The position numbers and the translations under genes are program-made. The notes under the pieces were generated by a model. It was not told where the DNA came from. It was given only the letters and a program-made list of their open reading frames with translations, and made no database searches. A DNA stretch of 64,000 nt, taken from contig NC_043003.1 in NCBI RefSeq assembly GCF_006345805.1, positions 16,864,001-16,928,000 of the forward strand, written 5' to 3'. The stretch is from Octopus sinensis. Its lineage: Eukaryota. This document shows positions 39,030-52,070 of this stretch, one piece after another. Numbering within the stretch: position 1 is the first letter of the stretch; each line of letters opens with the position of its first letter.

Positions 39030-39372
39030 TCGTTATATATAAAAGTGAAGTTGTGTGTCTGTCTCCTACGATTTAGATTCCTAACTACTCCCACATTTTG
39101 CGGTGCAGTGTAACCAAATGTGGGTATCTTATAGTCGTGATTCATATCGAGCCCTTCTGGGTATTAGCGCGCGTCTACGATGAATCTACGATTAAAAAAA
39201 AAATTACCATCATTTTTTCCCATTTTTTGCTATTATATAAGGGAAGTAACTCTCTAGAAATGTATTATTAAATCTCAGCCATATTGAGATGGCTATTATA
39301 CTTTACATCTCTAAAAATGCTTATATAGTTATTTCCCTTACAAACCCGAGCAACGCCGGGCGATACTGCTAG
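39030..39372 (+). mobile_element. Non-autonomous Helitron
   Basis: 5' TC...TATATATAAAAG, subterminal hairpin CCCG-AGCAACGC-CGGG (39345-39360), 3' CTAG, inserted between A39029 and T39373 with no TSD. Confidence 0.85.
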
Positions 39373-39962
39373 TAAAATAATACAATATAATATATGATAT
39401 GATAACATATCAGAAAATGGAGATAAAATTAATGAATGACAAATTGATTAACATCAATCATCATTTATTGATTAATTACAAAAAGACAGATCTCAACTTT
39501 CAGCTGTTTCTGTTAGCGCGATTCCCAGGCTAAATAATAGTTATTGTTGTAAGTAATTAGTTTTACCAATTTGAATAGCAGAACTTCATCAGAGTGGAAA
39601 AATAAAGAAGAATAAAAGTAAAAAGACTAAGGAAAAGAAAGAGAAAGGGAGAAAACGGTGATATATCAATTCATACTACATACTGTCCCACTGGGAAACT
39701 TTCCACTGACTAGAATTAGAATTGGGATAGTTATAATATTTAGTGGTACATTCCTATATACGGGCGGAAGGCTTGGGTTAAATATATAATAACTATATGA
39801 GCAATGACATCCTTTTACTGCCTAGACCATTCCTACTCCTACCTGGGGTTGTTTCAGGTATGCTGCCTACATATAATAATAAGTAAAATACATAGGAAAT
39901 CAATAAATAATAAATTACATTATTTACATTCGACAGATATTTGTCCTCATCTTGTTTGTTGT

Positions 39963-40010
39963 TAACACAACGTTTCGGCTGATATACCCACCAGCCTTCA
40001 TCAGGTGTCA
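39963..40010 (-). ncRNA. Minimal type-I hammerhead ribozyme, canonical core
   Basis: UGACAC-CUGAUGA-A-GGCUG-10 nt-CAGCC-GAA-ACGU-U/GUGUUA. Confidence 0.75.
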
Positions 40011-40056
40011 TGGGGAATTTTCGAACCTGGATTCTCATTCCTAAGGTATTCTTCGA

Positions 40057-40124
<68 letters not shown>

Positions 40125-40134
40125 TATTATTATT

Positions 40135-40480
40135 CAGTAGTTTTATTTTTATAGCGTGCTTTCACTTCACTACCGAGCGCAGCTCTGTGTGCCTTGGGTA
40201 TGTGCTGTGATTTGTTGTGATGCTCTGATGGTTACTGTATTGAAAGTGTTCTGCGTAGGATGTGTGAGGTGCCTAGTAGTGCAATTTTCTGTATGTGATA
40301 TGTGTTTGTAAGTCCTGGTGTTTTTGTTATGTATTTGTCTGAATATTTTTTTATCATGCCTAATGCACCTACTATGATAGGAATTGTTTCTGTTTTTAGA
40401 TTCCACATTCTGGTTACCTCTATTTCCAGGTCTTTGTATTTTGAAAGTTTCTCCATTTCTTTTCGAGACACGTTGTCATC
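40135..40480 (-). mobile_element. 3' end of an R4/Dong-like LINE in an (AAT)n tract
   Basis: KEMEKLSKYKDLEIEVTRMWNLKTETIPIIVGALGMI...QKIALLGTSHILRRTLS; (AAT)n on both sides. Confidence 0.9.
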
Positions 40481-40485
40481 TGCTG

Positions 40486-40521
<36 letters not shown>

Positions 40522-40529
40522 TCACTGCC

Positions 40530-40760
40530 TGGAATACGGGGTAATCTTCACAATGGATTCAGCTGATAGCCGGATCCATCCTACACGCGACAGCAGGTGT
40601 TCAACATGAACCCACAAGTCAGCAATACTCGGGCACTGGACTAGGGCGCGCAGGACGGTTTCATCGTTCTGGGCGCACCTCGGGCAGGCCCGGCTGACGG
40701 CACTTCTGTGCCTGTAAACTTTATCCCGAACAGGCAGTGCCCCTCGGTAGCAATGCCAAG
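40530..40760 (-). mobile_element. L1/Tx1-clade LINE fragment (C-terminal zinc-binding region)
   Basis: LAWHCYRGALPVRDK...CPRCAQNDETVLRALVQCP...LW. Confidence 0.75.
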
Positions 40761-41959
40761 CAAGGGATTTCTGGAAGTTAATTATTATTTTAGGTTTCAT
40801 AAAAAAGCTTATAAGTTATACTGGTTCAATATATCGCAAGGCGTAGGTGGGAGGGACTTTTGAAGAAAAATAATTCTAGTATCAGATGAGTAACTATTCT
40901 TGACAAGTTCAAAATAAATTTCTAAAGGATGAGAATAAAATAATCCGGGAAGTTCTTTGTTTTTTTCCACCCTTTAGCTAAAGAGATTGCAAAAATGAAA
41001 ATATCCAGTATGCTGAAACAGATGAGATAGCAGACAAATCTTTCTCAAAGAAAAGCTTAGTATTTTAGAAAAGAAGGAAATATTGGATAAAGTAACTCTG
41101 GGTACACTGCAAACTCTGCTGGAATGTCGCAGTGGGAATGCCTGTACGATCAGTGGCAACCTAGGGCAAAAGAACAAGTGCATATTTAGATTCTAATTGT
41201 TAACCATTTGACATTTAGAATGGAATATTTCTCTTCGTTTTTCTACAACTATGTTACGTTTAAGTAAGTAGTCAAGGCCTACTTTTATTGCTTAATCAAT
41301 CATTGTCAGCTTTCTGAAACACATTCCTTATTAGTTCACCTTTATATCTGTTCAACAATTTCATTTAACAAGGTTAATATACAGTTTTCTTTCTTTGCTT
41401 ACTTATACGTAATATATATCAGGTTTAATTTAGAAACACATGTATTTATCTATGTTCAGTGTTAGGGAATTCGTATCAACTAACAAATACCCATGTTTGA
41501 GATACTTTAACGAGCAATTTCCAAATATTTCGCATATATATATATATATATAATGCTGTGATTGATACGGAATGTGTGAAGAAATGATTTTTCTATTTCA
41601 AAACAAATCACAGTTTTATATAAACTTTGCAACATTACGTAGATTTTTTTCGAAAGAAGCATTCTTTTGTAGTTTTCTAACTTTCGACTGTCGTATCATA
41701 TAACATCCATTCATGGATATCTCAATAATGCCATATATAAAGCAGCTGGACAAAATGCGTAGCAGCATTTCAACTATTCTTATGTTCAGAGTTCGAATTC
41801 GGCCGAGATCCACTTTGCCTTTCATCCTTTCGGGGCCGATAAAATAAGTACCAGTTGAGTGCTGGGGTTGATGTAATCGACTTATTCCTTCTCCCGACAT
41901 TGTTGGCCTTGTAAATTTATATCAGCGATGAGCTTGCAATGGATGAACCCGCAACTCAT

Positions 41960-44700
41960 CTACGGATTTTTTCGATTTCTTCGATATAACCATGGACACA
42001 TCGAACTCAGCCCAAGTTACTGACCTAGTTGGCCTATTCCTTCTCTCCCAAATTAAACAATTATTTCCCCCACCGCTCCAGTGGACTATATAAGGATGAT
42101 ACACTCCTCTCAGCTATTAAATTATCTCGACTGTCAGTGGAACGCACCAAGAAAGACTTACACAAAATTTTTAAAAACTATAACCTGAATATTACATTCG
42201 AAATTGACACTAAGGTGGCCAATTTCTTAGACGTTACTCTCGACTGTATCAACCTGTCCATACACCTAACCAATCTTTACAATATACAAATATCCCCTCT
42301 AATCACCCTAGACCTACCCTTAATAGCGTAGTCACAGGCATATCTATCAGAATCTATTACTTACCTGCTAACGAAGAAATTTTTAACACTCACGCCCCTT
42401 ATTAGAATTAGATACTCCAAAAAAAAAAGCGGCTTTCGCGAAAAAAACAAACTATTATATCCCCAATACTAAGCTTAAAACTAAAACAGCACAGCTCTTT
42501 CCCAATACTAATCCTGAATCTAAGGACACTACTTCCATTCTACACCAATCCAAAAGCTCTAAAAAAAAAACCCTACACATCGCACTCGGCTGCCCCACTG
42601 GCCACCCTGAGCCTATAACAACTACAAGCCCTTGCCCCACTCCCATCAACCCACTACAGCCGTACACTCTAAACATTCTAAAGCCAGGAATCGGGGAATC
42701 TTATGGTTCGCACCATCTTCCTCTCCAAGTTAAATTTCTATCTAAACTCTTCTTTAAAATCCTAAAATCTAATTTTTCCCCGCAGCATAAATAATATCCC
42801 AGCTTTAACAAATCATCTGTGAACATCTCCTACTCCACCACATATAATTTAGGATCCATAGTCGCCTCCTCGAACGAACGCAAACTCCAACACCAGCCTC
42901 GGAACACCTAAACTCTTACACTGCACCCCAAATTAGCCCACATAGCAATAACACAACCCTTAGTGACCCATCTCAGTTAAATAATACCAGACTCAAGCCA
43001 TCAACCTACAATCCTACCTACGCGATAACAAATACTATCTGCAACACCACCTCCCAATCCAATAGAAATACAGATTGTACTTCAGGTTCTCTCCCACTAG
43101 CAATGGACTAACGGAGCTCAAGCTCGCTAGCAGTAAACCCCAACCACGGAGCAAGTAGAAAAACTTTCAATTGTCGGGTTTCTCAATTATGTCCTCTTGG
43201 AGGTTCCTGTCTACGTAAAAATGTAATCTACAAGTGTCGTGTTATAACACCACGTTCCCACCAAGCAAGAGTATATATCGGCGGCACCGTAGATTTCAGA
43301 CGCCGCTACTGTGCACACATGAACTGATTCTCCAATCAAAATTCTGAATTAGCAATCTTCTTAGCAACGTGTATACACAACCTTAAATCTCAAAATATTC
43401 CATACATCCTACCCTGGTCCATAGTAAGCGAAGCTCCCCCGTTCAATGCAAACATCGGCAAGTGTAAGTTATGCCTAAAATAATCATTAACCATTCTTCG
43501 CCTTCATAACTCCTCATTACTTAATAGATTCTCTGTTATTTATTCTTGTAAACACAGGTACTACTCATCTTTCACGCACTTCGCTAGATCTATGTAATCC
43601 CATAAGTATCCATACTCAAAATAACCTAAAACTAAGACGAAGTCAGCCTAGCTACCTTCTACTTAAAAAATACTACTCCGCCTCTTCTTTCTCATACACA
43701 CATTTCAAATTTCTTCCAAATTCTACAAGTTCACTATTTCCCACTTCCATCTTAGCCTCCCTATCCACCCCACTTTTAAAAAAATACTTACAATACCCTA
43801 CTCCTTTGAAAACTAGCCAATCTACCTCTGCCCCTGCCTATTCACACCCCTATTTTCAATTCCATAACCTCTCTTTACCATAACACCACTCTCCCATACC
43901 AACCTAATTCCTTTGTCCCACTAACAACTACTTTTTTGACCACCTTCTCATCCCCCACTCTATGTCCCCATCGACTTTCATTCCTTACTAATATCCCTCA
44001 GCCTCTGAAATAGTCAACTTATTTTCCTCAAATAATGACCATTCCCATTTTCACTATCTCAACCTTTCACCCCATAGCCTTCATACAAACTAACACAAAA
44101 GTTACCATTCACATACTACCTAAACCCCCCACTTCCCCTCCCTCCAACCTTCCACCTCTACTACTATCACTGGCCTCGTTAATAACCCCTAACCTTGAAG
44201 TCTGTTTTTTTCCTCCCACTACACTCTGTCTACATACCTCCCAAATCCTCTTTTTAATATACTCAGTTCTTTATAAAATCATCCCATCTTTAATCTCCTT
44301 TCTGTAAATAATACCTCAAATGTAAAATTCTTCCCCGAAGACGGAGGCTAGTATTATCCGACGATGGAATCAATTTACAATCATTATTTTGGATCACCAA
44401 GCTCGCAGAAACAGCTGTTGGACTCATGAAACACTTATTTAATCCCTTTAATTCTTGATACCATTTCTATTCTGTGTAAGTCAGACTGTTTTGATAAGTA
44501 TACATACGAACACTTCTTGTGTTAAATGTATCTAATAGTTTTTGTATATCGACCTGCCTAACTTGCTTGTTCTTACATTTACTCCTCTACCTGCTCAAGT
44601 TTCAATCTCTCGAATACTACTAAGTGTATTCTATACGGAGATATCTGTCTCTTATCTGTATATAGAGTTAAACACTTTCGGTATGTAAATTAGAGACTCC
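41960..44700 (+). mobile_element. Decayed Penelope-like element, Naiad-type (RT C-half, GIY-YIG, 3' LTR-like region)
   Basis: FDITM...TDLVGLFLL...GLYKDD...VANFLDVTL; ILWFAP...VNISYS; GIY-YIG region; pyrimidine-rich 3' region; degenerate hammerhead at about 44335-44420. Confidence 0.8.
43166..43597 (+). pseudogene. GIY-YIG endonuclease domain of the Naiad-type PLE (two in-frame stops)
   Basis: FNCRVSQLCPLGGSCLRKNVIYKC...VYIGGTVDFRRRY...WSIV...CKLCLK*...LLNR...CKH; TGA at 43325, TAA at 43481. Confidence 0.85.
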
Positions 44701-44913
44701 TTTGTAAAGTAACTGCTGCACTTGTTGAGTATATAAACAGTTTGGATGCTTGTTTCTCTGGAGACTGTCAGAATGATGTAGACGCCTCTGGCGAAAACCC
44801 AATAAGGTTCCAAAATGGATTAAGGTTGTTCATAATTTTTTTCAGTCTGCAGAGAAATGGTTAAAAAAATTTCTCTGTTTATAATTATACCATATGTTAT
44901 ATATATATATATA

Positions 44914-46183
44914 CAGGGGTTGGACAAAATAATGGAAACACCTAACATCATAATTTTGAAATATCTATAAAACCGTCGAAAGCTTGTTTATTTTTATGTT
45001 TTTTGATTTATTATTAGTGTTGCTTAATATATTTTGCTAAAATTGCTGTTTCTTTTCAGATATCATCAGAAAAAGGTAACTAAAATTCATTAAAATGACA
45101 GATCTGTCGGACTTTCAAAGTGGTCAAATTGTTGGTGCTCGTTTGACAGGCCCTAGCGTAACGAAAACAGCCGAAATGTTTGGTGTATCAAGAAGTACTG
45201 TCTCGAAAGTAATGACAGCCTTTGAGAAAGAGGAAAAAAATCTTCTCTTCGAAATAAAACGCCGGAAGAAAACCAAAAATTTCAGATAGAGACATTGGGA
45301 CTCATACGCGAATTGTTAGAAAGGATCACAAAAGCATAGCTCCCAAAATTACTGAAGACCTTAATGACCACTTCGAGACCCCAGTATCCACAAAAACTGT
45401 TCCCCGGGAGCTGCATAAAGCCGGATTTCACGGGAGGGCTGCAATCAGAAAACCACTACTTTCAAAAACAAACGTTGCAAAGCGTTTAGAGTGGAGTAAA
45501 AACCTTCAGAATTGGTCCCTAGAGCAGTAGAAGAATGTTATTTTCTCGGATGAGTCATCGTTTACCTTATTTCCGACCACCAGTCGAGTATACGTGTGGA
45601 GGTAGCCAAAAGGAGCATTTGACCCAGACTGCCTTCTTCCAACTGTTAAACACGGAGGAGGATCTGCGATGATCTGGTGGGCTATATCTTGGAAATCCGC
45701 TGGCCCAATTGTTTTCCTTCATGGCTGAATTAATTGTCAAGACTATTTAAGCATTTTATCAGATCAAATTCATCCTATCGTTGTTGAACTGTTTCCTGAG
45801 GGAAACGCAATCTTTCAGAATGATAATGCACCAATTCACACAGCTAAAGTTGTTACTGAATGGCACGAGAAACATTCTAGTGAAGTTGAACATCTTATCT
45901 GGCCACCACAGTCCCTAGATCTCAATATTATTGAACATATATGTTGCATTTTAGAAAAACAAGTAAGGAGTCGATTTCCTCCACCGTCATCACGATAAGA
46001 ACTGGAGATTGCTTTAGCTGAAGAATGGACAAAAATTCCTTTGGAAACAATCAATTCAAACTTTGTACGAGTCCATACGTCGTAGAATTCAAACTGTAAT
46101 TACTACCAAAAGCGGTCCTACTCCATATTAAAATAAATTTGTTTGAAATTTTAAGGTGTTTCCATTATTTTGTCCAACCCCTG
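44914..46183 (+). mobile_element. Complete 1270-bp Tc1-type transposon, DD36E (Incomer-like)
   Basis: Perfect 30-bp TIRs CAGGGGTTGGACAAAATAATGGAAACACCT; TA on both sides; disrupted transposase. Confidence 0.93.
45095..46131 (+). pseudogene. Tc1-family transposase pseudogene, DD36E
   Basis: MTDLSDFQSGQIVGARL...FSDES...FQNDNAPIH...WPPQSLDLNIIE (36 residues between D and E)...GPTPY*; frameshifts and stops. Confidence 0.9.
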
Positions 46184-46200
46184 TATATATATATATATAA

Positions 46201-46509
46201 CACTTTGTCGGTTACGATGACGAGGGTTCCAGTTGATCCGATCAACGGAACAGCCTGCTCGTAAAATTAACGTGCATGTGACCAAGAACTCCACGGATAC
46301 GTGTGCCCTTAGCATAGTTCTTAGGGAGGTTCAGCGTGATACAGAATGTCACAAGAATTGGTCCTTTGAAATACAGATACTACTCATTTTTGTCTGCTGA
46401 GTGGACCGGAACTTCTTGAAATAAAGTATCTTGCTCAAGGACACAACGCGTCGCCGGATACCCTAACCACTCGAGCCGAATACCCTAACCACTAGACCAC
46501 GTGCCTTCA

Positions 46510-46510
<1 letters not shown>
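46201..46510 (-). mobile_element. SINE head D with Ceph-like body and tail
   Basis: Body GTTCCAGTTGATCCGATCAACGGAACAGCCTGCTCG is shared with 53051-53437. The Ceph-domain identity is recalled, not verified. Confidence 0.72.
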
Positions 46511-46571
<61 letters not shown>

Positions 46572-47200
46572 GTGTGTGTGTGTGTATATGTGTACACTCC
46601 TTGAAATGTTATCTCACATCCCAGGAGACACAGGCACTCCAGACTGGAGATCTTTGTTTGAATGCTACGAATTCTAATGCTACAGATTTATCTTTTGTGT
46701 CTTAGGGACGGTATATCCCAAGAGATAAAACGAAAACACTTGTATCGGAAATTTATATTAACCCACTGTCTAGGATATTAGTTTCATAAACAGTGCTTAA
46801 AACCAGACCGCAAGTACATCGACATAAACTTTATGACTTATTGAAATGTAAGAGAAATACATTTAAAACTTAATTTCCTATCTTTGGCAGACATTATGAT
46901 TTGAAACTTTGGCGCCAGGCCAGCAATTTCGGAGACGGGGGTAAGTCGATTACATCAACCCCCCACACTCAACTGGTACTCATTTTATCGACCCCGAAAG
47001 AATGAATAACAAACACGACTCCAGCCGTATTTGAACTCAGAATGTGGAGTCGGAAGAAATGACTCTAAGCATTTTCCCCAGCGTATTAACGATTCTGACA
47101 GCTTACTTTTGACAGGCATATTACCTTTCATTTAGGGATGGGATTTAACTCTTTTAGCTCAGAATATAATTAGAACGAGAGGGAGAGAGAGAGAGAGAGT

Positions 47201-47232
<32 letters not shown>

Positions 47233-48279
47233 AAGAGAGAGAGAGAGCCTCAAAGGGGTGGTTAGACTTGCTTGAACTAAGTGACATCCCCCTGAAATCA
47301 GGTAGAGCAAAACAACAGCAATAGCAGTAACATCAACCCCCCCCCCACCACCAACAACAACAACAGCCGTTCAAGAATTTGGACCTGGAGATCTCCATTT
47401 CCAGCGACTTTGAGGGCCACCTCCCAGTGGTGTCGGGCGTCAACGAAGAGCCCTCGACTACAACAAGACGACCAAAGTTTGTTTTTTCCCCAAGGTCTGG
47501 GGTCTCCTGCCCCTAAGCTCTAGACCATCACCTGATCACCCTTACCCGTCTTGTTGCTTAACAAGAAGAAGAAGAAGAAGGAGAAGAAGGAGAAGAAGAA
47601 GAAGAAGGAGGAGGAGGCGGAGGAGGAGGAGAGAAGAAGAAGAAGAAGAAGAAGAAGAAAAAGAACAACAACAACAACAACAACAGAGTTATGAAGAGAG
47701 CAATAGTAGCCAAGAATATTGGTTTCAAATTTTGGCACAATTTCAGGGAAGGAGTTAAGTCGATTACATCGGCCACAGTGTTCAACTGGTACTTATTTTG
47801 TCGACCTCGAAAGGATAAAAGGCGAAGTCGACCTCGGCAGAACTTGAACTCAGAACGTAATGATGGGCGAAATGCCGCTAAGCTCTTTGCGTGCTAACGG
47901 TTCTGCCAGCTCACGGCCTTAAAGTAACCAAGCCTATTAGGAAAATGTGATCGTTAGAAAATAACGAGTTATATACGCAATCAAGCTACAAGATCGATTC
48001 CATTACCAATAGTCCTGTTACTTGTTTGATTTATATTTGATGCTTTTAATTTATGCTGTTTTCATTACGTTTTACACTCCTTATCTTTTTGATGTGAAAT
48101 GTACTGGAGGCTTCCGGCCTTTAAACTATTTCTGTAAGTCAACTAAGTAACAAAACGGTTTTATCAGGAGATTAATTAAAGCATTCGATGTTTCTGCTTC
48201 ATGAGTTGTGTCAGTAAATCAGGCTCAGAATTCGTGAAGAAAATTTCCCCCGAGGAAAAACAACATTCTATCTGCTTGT

Positions 48280-48331
<52 letters not shown>

Positions 48332-48337
48332 ACTAAT

Positions 48338-48408
<71 letters not shown>

Positions 48409-48647
48409 CTACAGGGCTTCTGCTTCAATCTAAGAGATTGCATACAAACCTAGAATACATAAGCATATATATAAATATGTAAGTACACCTTAACACATAT
48501 ATATACGTAAGTATATGTAGACACATTTATATACATGCACGCTTAAGCACTTATACGTAAGTACATGTAGACACATTTATATACATGCACGCTTAAGCAC
48601 TCATATCCAGTAAGTGCTTCACATAAGTTGGCACTATACTCAAAAAG

Positions 48648-49250
48648 TTGCACGCCGGGCGAAATGCTTAACAGTATTTCGCCTGCCGCTACGTTCTGAG
48701 TTCAAATTCCTCCGAGGTCGACTGTGCCTTTCATCCTTTCGGGGTCGATTAAATAAGTACCAGTTACGCACTGGGGTCGACATAATCGACTTAATCCGTT
48801 TGTCTGTCCTTGTTTGTCCTCTCTGTGTTTAGCCCCTTGTGAGTTGTAAAGAAATAGGTACTCGTCTGCCGTTACGTTCTGAGTTCAAATTCCGCCGAGG
48901 TAGACTTTGCCTTCCATCCTTTCGGAGTCGATAAATTAAGTAGCAGTTACGCACTGGGGTCGATGTATTTGATTTAATCCGTTTGTCTGTCCTTGTACGT
49001 TCCCTCTATGTTTAGCCCTTTGTGGGCAATAAGAAACGTTAGCACGCCGGGGGAAATGCTTAGCGGTATTTCGTCTGCCGCTACGTCCTGAGTTCCAATT
49101 CCGCCGAGGTCGACCTTGCCTTTCATCCTTGCGGGATCGATAAATTAAGTACCAGTTACGAACTGGGTCCATGTAATCGACTTAATCCCTTTGTCTCTTC
49201 TTGTTTGTCCCCTCTATGTTTAGTCCCTTGTGGGCAATAAAGAAATAAGA
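48648..49250 (+). mobile_element. SINE family A trimer
   Basis: Three monomers; junctions at about 48858 and 49036. Confidence 0.85.
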
Positions 49251-49597
49251 AACGGTAGGTGACTAACGAAGGGTTAAAAAGGACACATGAGACAGTGTGG
49301 TCGTGCCTTGCATGTAGTTGCTTCAGTTGTAAGAAATAGTAACGGAATTTGGCAATTTGTCCAATAACAGAGAGCAGTCGCCATATTTTTTTACTATTCC
49401 TGTCATCCCCAAAGTGCACGCGTACTTAGAAACCGCCCTTGTTACATAATATCCGGTTATCAAGCATTCCGTGCGAAACCGATTGGTAAGATCTGCTGAA
49501 ATGGAGCTGTAATACTGTATCCTTTGATCAACATGTGTGTGTTTGTATGTGTGTGTATACACACACACACACACACATACATACATGTATGTCTATA

Positions 49598-49676
<79 letters not shown>

Positions 49677-49690
49677 TATATATATATGTA

Positions 49691-49725
<35 letters not shown>

Positions 49726-49728
49726 CAT

Positions 49729-49921
49729 ACGAGGTGGGTGCTGAAAAGATCCTGATTGGAGGCCCAACATTCCGAATTCTTTTACGGGGCTTAGAAGAAT
49801 TGAAGGACCGATGCAATAAGCGTGAATTTGAGAGGGGAATATGTTGAATAGTATCATAATTAACTGATCCTCTTGTAATTTCTTTTTCCCCAAATCAGAA
49901 ATTTTTCAGTACCCCCTTGTG
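49729..49921 (+). mobile_element. Mariner-derived MITE remnant
   Basis: Imperfect TIRs (GGGTGCTGAAAAG / TTTTTCAGTACCCCC); internal GLEELKDRC..RGEYVE* C-terminal remnant. Confidence 0.65.
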
Positions 49922-49953
49922 TGTGTGTATGTGAATACATATATATATATATA

Positions 49954-49989
<36 letters not shown>

Positions 49990-50008
49990 TATTTATATAT
50001 ACATACTG

Positions 50009-50043
<35 letters not shown>

Positions 50044-51173
50044 TTACATATACACACACATCTACCATCCATATTTATCGTATGTATGTAGGTATATTTA
50101 TTTCAATGGGAAAACTATTTAGACACACGCATCCACACGCACACAAACATTCGTCCATACACGCCGACACTTAAGACCTAAGCTAAATCTGATATCAGGT
50201 TTCCATCATATAAAGTAAAAAGACATTCGCTACTCTCATTTCCACTGTTTTATTTCTATGATTTTAACGTCTCTAAATTTTTAAGAGAATCGTATTTGAG
50301 AGCATAACAGATGCAGAGATATATAAGACACACATCTCAATTTCACTAGCATATATGAAAACAAAAGAGAAAAAAAAAAGAAAATGAACGTCAGGGATAA
50401 AATTAGCTTATGGCGGCCCAACATCGCATATGGAATCCCGTATGATATTTTTTAGTCATTTCCTTTGGAAAAAGTGCGTCTTAGATGCTATCAAGTGCAG
50501 TGTATATTAATTTTACTTCAAAACTTCAAATCAGAGGTTGGAAAGCGCTGTCTTTTCATTTCAACTGTTGTAAAATTAACAAAACTAAAGACTGTACATT
50601 TAAAATCAGCCGAAGAATACATAACAGATCATGAACAGAATACCAGGTGTAAAAGAGCTGCCAAACGTCGAGGTAGTACCTTTGAGGAAAACAGAACTAA
50701 GAGTGGAGCGATGTAAGATGTGTTGACGCTATAAAAATTGCTCACTACAGCAGCATGTTTCGGTTAATATGAGAAGTTTGGTAAGCGATAAGGATAAAGA
50801 TTGTTCGCTGGTGAGTTGCCAACTATTTTAAAGCTGAAACGTCTGTCTCTATCTCTCTCTCAAACGAGAAAATGCTTTTGGATGTTAAACAGGAAATCTA
50901 GCGAGATTCCTGCAACTCTTTTCTAATTGAAGCAGCTTCACTTGCTTATTAAGTTCAGATGAAAAGAAGGAGAATATCAATCAGCATTTGTCTATTACAT
51001 AATCACGAAGTTGATCAAGCAGCCTTTTGCACCGACTAATATAGAACATTTTTGATGTTAAAATTAGCCTCCAACTGGCGGAAGGACTAAACATGCAAAA
51101 TTAATACTGATGTTTGGGAAGTAGAAGTTTTAGGGATAGAAAGAAAATGGTGGCGGGGGTTAGAAAACAGGGA

Positions 51174-51283
<110 letters not shown>

Positions 51284-51396
51284 AGTAAGAATTTGGTACT
51301 TAAGTTAAAAGGCACCAGAATTTAGGATGGTATTATCCATATAATTCAAAATGGGGTGATTATAATCAAAATAAGCAACAAGGATGTCCAGAGGTA

Positions 51397-51486
51397 ATGC
51401 AGTACGATCGTTTCATGCGACTCCGTTTAATTGAACAATGAAAGTATTACATCAGTTTTAAAATGTAGAGCAATCTTCAGCTGCAT
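51397..51486 (-). ncRNA. Type-I hammerhead-like motif with long weak stem II, in a PLE-LTR-like repeat (about 51290-51490)
   Basis: AUGCAG-CUGAAGA-...-GAA-ACGAUCGU-A/CUGCAU; same family at 60790-61085. Confidence 0.6.
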
Positions 51487-51569
51487 GAAAATTTAGAATT
51501 TAGTTAAATTTAAAAGATTCATTTTTATAGTTATTCCATTAACCAAAATCACAAAGAGGGTAAGTAGGT

Positions 51570-51607
<38 letters not shown>

Positions 51608-51613
51608 GAGAGG

Positions 51614-51646
<33 letters not shown>

Positions 51647-52070
51647 AGAGAGAGAGAGAAAGAGAGAGAGAGAGAGTTAAAAAGAAATGAAGGAAGAGAA
51701 TATGATGTTAAAGCTAACGCCGTTTCTTTGCAAAATAACAGAATCTTCGAAGCGTTGCTGAATATGTCATACAAAGCGTTGAACCCCGAGTAATTTAAGT
51801 TAAGATAATGGCAATCGAGACTACTACCTGATTCCCTCTCCTTCTAACTGACACTAATGAAAGAATTTAAGCTTAGTACTTCATCCTGTCTAAACACTCA
51901 TATAAAATATAAGTGTTTGGACCTTGAATTCATATAGTAATTAAATGTCGAGAAAAAAATTTCCCTCAGTAAAGAAGCAGTCGAATAAGAAACATACTCG
52001 ACTGCTAACAGCATCATTGATATGAAAACATATTCAATCTCGACATTTATATACTATACTTCTTTTTTTT

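Noticed and set aside
43325-43327. In-frame TGA in the Naiad GIY-YIG as selenocysteine
   Set aside because: It is not at a Cys-equivalent position, and a TAA stop at 43481 plus upstream frameshifts show ordinary decay.
47380-47530. GC-richer island that might be coding
   Set aside because: No frame gives a recognisable motif; probably an unidentified TE fragment.
48648-49250. Regularly repeated units as a CRISPR array or satellite
   Set aside because: The units are 170-230-bp SINE monomers without unique spacers; eukaryotic context; no cas genes.
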